NCBI GenBank assembly: GCA_021792255.1
Contig: JAJYUZ010000003.1
Span: 137,405-201,404, forward strand
Direction of reading: 5' to 3'
Length of the DNA stretch: 64,000 bases
Origin: Thermoplasmata archaeon
GTDB taxonomy: Archaea; Thermoplasmatota; Thermoplasmata; Thermoplasmatales; GCA-001856825
Made by a program: the position numbers and the translations under genes. Position 1 is the stretch's first letter. The number at the start of each line of letters is the position of its first letter. Below are positions 59,977 to 64,000 of the stretch, in pieces. The notes under the pieces were generated by a model. That model worked only from the letters and a program-made list of their open reading frames with translations. It was not told the origin of the DNA and did not search any database.

Positions 59977-61167
59977 TCAAAGCTTGCTCTTTACAAAATC
60001 TATGAAGACCTCTGCATCTCCGAAAACATTGGACAGTTTGGCATACTCATTGGGCATGTGTTCAGTTTCATCAAGAGTGCCCCATACTATTGTGTCTAGC
60101 CCTTTGTTCCTAAAGAATGCTCCGCAGGTCCCTCCACCTATTCCAACTCTGTTGACTTCAATCCCCCTGATCTTCTTGATACTGTTTATGAATTTCTGAA
60201 CAAATTCCTTTCCTTCTGGAGTATTGGAAGATGGGTTTGCCCTGTTGATAAATTCAAGCTGAACTTCCACTCCAAATTCCTCCTTAAATTCGTTAGTCAC
60301 TTTCTCCACTTCTTTGAAAACTTCATCAATTGAGTATCTCGGAAGAATCCTCATATCGAAATAGAAGCTCTCTTTACCGGGGATGATGTTTATCGATGTC
60401 GTCCCGGGTTCCACTTTTGTAGGTTCAAACGTGCTCATAGGAACAGTGAATTCTGAATCGGTCGCGTTGAATTTTGAATGGAGATCTTTGTCCAACCTCA
60501 ACTCCAGCTCCCTTGCTAATCTATGGGCGTTCTTTCCAGCATCCGGGGTCGATGCGTGACATTGCTGCCCCACGACGCTTATCTTGAGCCATATCAATCC
60601 CTTTTCCGCTATCTCCACCGAGTCCCCTTCCGGAGTGCCAAAATCAGGAACTACGAATTTGTCGTTTTTACTGAATTTCTTGTTACGAAGAACGTAGTCT
60701 ATACCGAAGGTGCTTCCAGCCTCCTCGTCTGAAACAAATATTACGCCTATGTTGTTCTGCAATTCCTCTGGACACTCCAAGAAGTACTTTAGTGCGATCA
60801 GGGAAGAAATTCCTCCTTGTCCGTTATCGCACGTCCCTCTTCCATAAATTTTATCTCCATCGATTGTGGCCTGGAAAGGGGGATATTTCCATAGACTTAG
60901 GTCGCCCTCACTTACTGTGTCCATGTGCGCGACAAACCAAACAGTCTTCTCCTTTCCCTTGTCCAGTAGAAACAGGAGGTTCGGTCTCTTGATTCCATCG
61001 GATACCGCTACATACTCTTCGAATTTCAAGCCCTTGTTCCAGCTCAGTATCTCCCTCTTAAGGAATTCGGCTCTCTTTTCTTCCCCTCTTCCTCCACCGG
61101 CAGGGTTAACTGCATTTATTTCAATCATCTTTGAGTACAAGTCTAAGAAGTAGTCCCTATCACTCAT
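59977..61167 (-). CDS. M20 family metallohydrolase (ArgE/DapE/LysK-like deacylase)
   Basis: 396 aa. Motifs: AHMDTV, GRGTCDNGQG, SDEEAGS, plus a C-terminal HMPNEY. Confidence 0.8.
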   Translation of the reverse strand: MSDRDYFLDLYSKMIEINAVNPAGGGRGEEKRAEFLKREILSWNKGLKFEEYVAVSDGIKRPNLLFLLDKGKEKTVWFVAHMDTVSEGDLSLWKYPPFQATIDGDKIYGRGTCDNGQGGISSLIALKYFLECPEELQNNIGVIFVSDEEAGSTFGIDYVLRNKKFSKNDKFVVPDFGTPEGDSVEIAEKGLIWLKISVVGQQCHASTPDAGKNAHRLARELELRLDKDLHSKFNATDSEFTVPMSTFEPTKVEPGTTSINIIPGKESFYFDMRILPRYSIDEVFKEVEKVTNEFKEEFGVEVQLEFINRANPSSNTPEGKEFVQKFINSIKKIRGIEVNRVGIGGGTCGAFFRNKGLDTIVWGTLDETEHMPNEYAKLSNVFGDAEVFIDFVKSKL

Positions 61168-61335
61168 GCGAATCGTTCGTTAATTGACTGCAACGAGATA
61201 AGCTTTGATGAGCTACGTTGAGCGCGCTTATGATACTGCTCGCTATCCTTAAATTATCTCTTGAGTAAGTCTGTGGTTCATGAAGCAGTTTACCATTACG
61301 TAATGAAATAGGAACCGAATTATATTTCGTGACCC

Positions 61336-63354
61336 TTGATTTTATTGGGGGGCCAAGAGATGTATATTCGCAAAGAAAGGAAAATTATAATTTCTTTACT
61401 GGCAATAATTATCGTACTGGGAAGTTTTGAACTCTTGTTCGATGAGCAGAACACCGTTAATACTGAAGCACAGCATGCGGCTTCAGCGAGCCTGAATCTG
61501 ATACCTTCAACGGATCTTTCTTCTATTTCTCTTAGTTCGGTTCAGACCGGACCGATGAACGCTTTTCCTGGGCAATTGATTAATGAGTCCTACTATCTGG
61601 GAACAACGGATCCTTCTGCGTCATACTATGAAGTTACTGTCACTCTCAACAATTCATCATATGAAACATTGGATGTATTTCCTACTGGCACAAGCGCTCT
61701 AACTCCTAGCGGGTACTATCTTCTTTTTTCTTTTGAGATGCCAAACGATCAACCCGGTATGTGGTGGACCGTGGGATATCATATTTTACCCGTTACGGTT
61801 TCTACTATTCAAGAAGGAGAACAGACCATACTAACAACAGAAGGAAGCCAAGTTTGGATGCAGTATTCAACTGAATCCATGGCAGGTAATTACATGATTA
61901 AGGGTACCGCAAATTTTTCTTTTACAAGCAACTGTACAGAAGTTCAGTTGTATCCGTCTAATCCTCAAGGCACAATAATAGTATCTTCACAAGTAAATTA
62001 TTGGAATTTTGGATCAGGAGTTATTAAAGTTGACTTTTCCCTTTATGAAAATATTGGAAACTCGAATGGGCTCACAACTCCACCATTGGTGTCTGCCTCA
62101 ATTGACTATGATGTCCCTTCGTCCTTGGCAACATCTGGGAGTTTGATATCCGGGTCAGATTACAGAATTACTTTGATTCAAGGAAACGGAGCATATATAA
62201 TGGGAATAACTTCAGGACAAATTGCCGAAATTACTGATGCTATGAACCAGACTCTTTCCATACCTATTTCGCAGTTGAATGCAGCAGTTGTATCAATAAA
62301 CGGAGACGTCGCGACCTTACAAACATCATTCGGAACAATGCTGACAGATCTCAGTTCAATAAACGCTTCTATCTCAACAATAAGATCGGGAGTTGCTTAT
62401 CTGAACACTTCCATCGGGCAAGTCAAGACTTCTCTATCATCCATAAACGCTACCATCGTGACCATAAAAGATGACACGATCACCCTAGAAACTTCTCTAG
62501 GGACCATATACACAAATCTTAATGCCGTGAACGCGACTGTTTCAAGCATCAAGAATGATCAGGCTACGATAACTACAGCAATAGGAAATGTTCAGGTCTC
62601 TCTGAGCAGTATCAATGCGATAATTCTTTCTATTGAGAATGGTGAAGCCAGTATAATTACCGACATGGGATTAATTGAAACTTCTCTCTTTAATCTCAAC
62701 GCGACCCTCGTCTCTGTAAGTTCGGGAGAGGCCAAAATTTCTACCGATATTGGAGATATAAACACGTCTATCCGTTCGCTGAATGCTTCATTTGATGGAA
62801 TTAGTGGAACGGCAGCGGTAATTCAGACAGATATAGGGATAATAGAGACTTCACTGAACTCAATTAACGCCACTATCTTCTCGATTCACCTAGGAATTGT
62901 GGGATTGAATACTTCGATCGGTAAAATAGAGGTTTCATTGAAATCTCTAAATGCTTCGATAATTGGACTCTCGGGAGACACGGCTAAAATCATGACGATA
63001 GCTGGAGAGGTCAACGCATCCTTGAGTGACCTGAATACGACCATTTTTGTTTCAGGAAGCGGCACTTCTTGGTTCAATGACACTTACGCAACTATAGAAA
63101 CGTGTTTAGGAAACATAACTGGAACAGTCACAAAGGTCTCTAACGATACCGCGACAATCGAGACCAATCTTGGTGTTGTCACGGCATCTGTGAATAGCAT
63201 AAAGACGATGAACGGTCAAGACCTGAGTGGAGATTCTTTTTCCCTTTTCGATATCATTGTCATTGCGTTGTTGGGGGCATTGATTATCATTGCATCCCTA
63301 GCAATGCTAAGCTCCAGAAGCACACTCAAGATAATGGGAGATAGAGTGAAATGA
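61336..63354 (+). CDS. membrane-anchored, sequon-rich surface protein with 28-residue tandem repeats
   Basis: 672 aa. N-terminal signal/anchor (IIISLLAIIIVLGSF), a globular region of about 300 aa, nine 28-aa repeats, a degenerate repeat tail, a C-terminal TM (LFDIIVIALLGALIIIASLAMLS) and a basic tail. At least 21 N-X-S/T sequons by hand count. Confidence 0.75.
   Translation: MILLGGQEMYIRKERKIIISLLAIIIVLGSFELLFDEQNTVNTEAQHAASASLNLIPSTDLSSISLSSVQTGPMNAFPGQLINESYYLGTTDPSASYYEVTVTLNNSSYETLDVFPTGTSALTPSGYYLLFSFEMPNDQPGMWWTVGYHILPVTVSTIQEGEQTILTTEGSQVWMQYSTESMAGNYMIKGTANFSFTSNCTEVQLYPSNPQGTIIVSSQVNYWNFGSGVIKVDFSLYENIGNSNGLTTPPLVSASIDYDVPSSLATSGSLISGSDYRITLIQGNGAYIMGITSGQIAEITDAMNQTLSIPISQLNAAVVSINGDVATLQTSFGTMLTDLSSINASISTIRSGVAYLNTSIGQVKTSLSSINATIVTIKDDTITLETSLGTIYTNLNAVNATVSSIKNDQATITTAIGNVQVSLSSINAIILSIENGEASIITDMGLIETSLFNLNATLVSVSSGEAKISTDIGDINTSIRSLNASFDGISGTAAVIQTDIGIIETSLNSINATIFSIHLGIVGLNTSIGKIEVSLKSLNASIIGLSGDTAKIMTIAGEVNASLSDLNTTIFVSGSGTSWFNDTYATIETCLGNITGTVTKVSNDTATIETNLGVVTASVNSIKTMNGQDLSGDSFSLFDIIVIALLGALIIIASLAMLSSRSTLKIMGDRVK
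62266..63021 (+). repeat. nine in-frame 84-nt (28-codon) tandem repeats inside the surface-protein gene
   Basis: Units begin ISQLNAAVV, LSSINASIS, LSSINATIV, LNAVNATVS, LSSINAIIL, LFNLNATLV, IRSLNASFD, LNSINATIF, LKSLNASII. Consensus: L-x-S-(I/L)-N-A-(T/S)-I-x-(S/T)-I-x-x-G/D-x-A-x-I/L-x-T-S/D-I-G-x-I/V-x-T-S. The repeats are diverged at the DNA level. Confidence 0.85.
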
Positions 63355-63540
63355 CGAGAGGAGAGTTTAGAGTTGAAGCTCAACTCAATAATCTTCTCTT
63401 TTTTCACAAAATTAAGAATGTTTAATATCACATAGTCCATTAACAAATTTACCAATGAACTCGCACGCGCCAGAAATAAAGACAGAACTGGAGAGATGCG
63501 TTGATGCACTTTCTAGAATAGATTACAGGAGGAATGAAAA

Positions 63541-64000
63541 TTGGAACTAATTTCTTTACTTTATGGGATATATCCAAGATCGGAGAATCTTAGACGTTCT
63601 TATGGAAAATGGGAAAAAGGACAATTGAATACCAAGGAAATTTCTGATAAGATACAGGAGGAATCTTCGATTTACTACGAGCTAGTGAAAGAAGCGGCGT
63701 TGAATTACTTCACGGATCCCCTGTTCAACTGGTACGATTTACTTCGTCCGATCGCGCTGTCAGTGGAGGGGATAAGGCTAGGTTCCCTTACTAGATACAA
63801 AGAAACGAACACCTTCTACAGGCAACCAGAAATAGATGCTATTGGAAAACTTAGGGAGGTGAAAGGCTTCAAAGAATTAGAGGAGAATCCTCCTTTCCCG
63901 ATGTACCACGAACTAGAGAATGAATCATATCTACATTTCCTACCGGGAATCAATTCATTCGTAAGAATGAGCAAGGTCTCTGGAGACTTTTCAAAGGTCA
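63541..64000 (+). CDS. cobalamin-independent methionine synthase N-terminal-domain-like protein (Meth_synt_1-like); the 3' end lies outside the window
   Basis: The open frame runs from 63538 to the window end. A TTG at 63541 lies 8 nt after AGGAGG (63527-63532). It encodes ..LLYGIYPRSENLRR..FTDPLFNWYDLLRP..LTRYKETNTFYRQPEI.., which resembles the MetE N-domain motifs (..FSxYD.., ..KWFDTNYHYxVPE). Confidence 0.5.
   Translation, partial: MELISLLYGIYPRSENLRRSYGKWEKGQLNTKEISDKIQEESSIYYELVKEAALNYFTDPLFNWYDLLRPIALSVEGIRLGSLTRYKETNTFYRQPEIDAIGKLREVKGFKELEENPPFPMYHELENESYLHFLPGINSFVRMSKVSGDFSKV

Noticed and set aside
62266-63210. Regularly spaced 84-nt periodicity, considered as a possible CRISPR-like or satellite array
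   Set aside because: The periodicity is in frame inside a long ORF. Units are conserved at the protein level but diverged at the DNA level, and there are no identical repeats separated by unique spacers. It is a coding tandem repeat.
63216-63509. 97-aa minus-strand ORF overlapping the 3' end of the surface-protein gene
   Set aside because: It is antisense to the TM-anchor coding region of a strong CDS, and its translation has no motifs.

Overview
Densely coding, moderately AT-rich archaeal chromosome segment. It combines DNA gyrase, a thermosome, PAN, fibrillarin, aIF2-gamma/S6e, a lipoylated 2-oxoacid dehydrogenase operon and many N-X-S/T-rich surface proteins, which suggests a Thermoplasmata-like euryarchaeon (inference from gene content only). 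Most of the window is housekeeping or amino-acid and organic-acid catabolism: two aminotransferase/aldehyde-dehydrogenase modules, a peptide-type ABC importer, reverse transsulfuration, lipA-E1ab-E2-E3-lipB, a GNAT::ADP-forming acyl-CoA synthetase fusion, FixCX-EtfBA and ALDH+Fe-ADH. I found no CRISPR array, integrase, transposase or rRNA. There are two tRNA-Thr genes. The best candidate for an undescribed system is the cluster at about 49.0-58.0 kb. It holds three DUF917-like paralogues, two hydantoinase-A-like ASKHA proteins (one with degenerate nucleotide-binding motifs), an NCS1 permease with a small membrane partner, and an embedded Lrp regulator. It has no hydantoinase-B partner, is tightly translationally coupled, and is bracketed by two decayed bcp peroxiredoxin genes. 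A second notable object is a membrane-anchored surface protein (61.3-63.4 kb) with nine exact-length 28-residue, sequon-bearing repeats. All family assignments come from motif recognition by eye and need HMM or BLAST confirmation.
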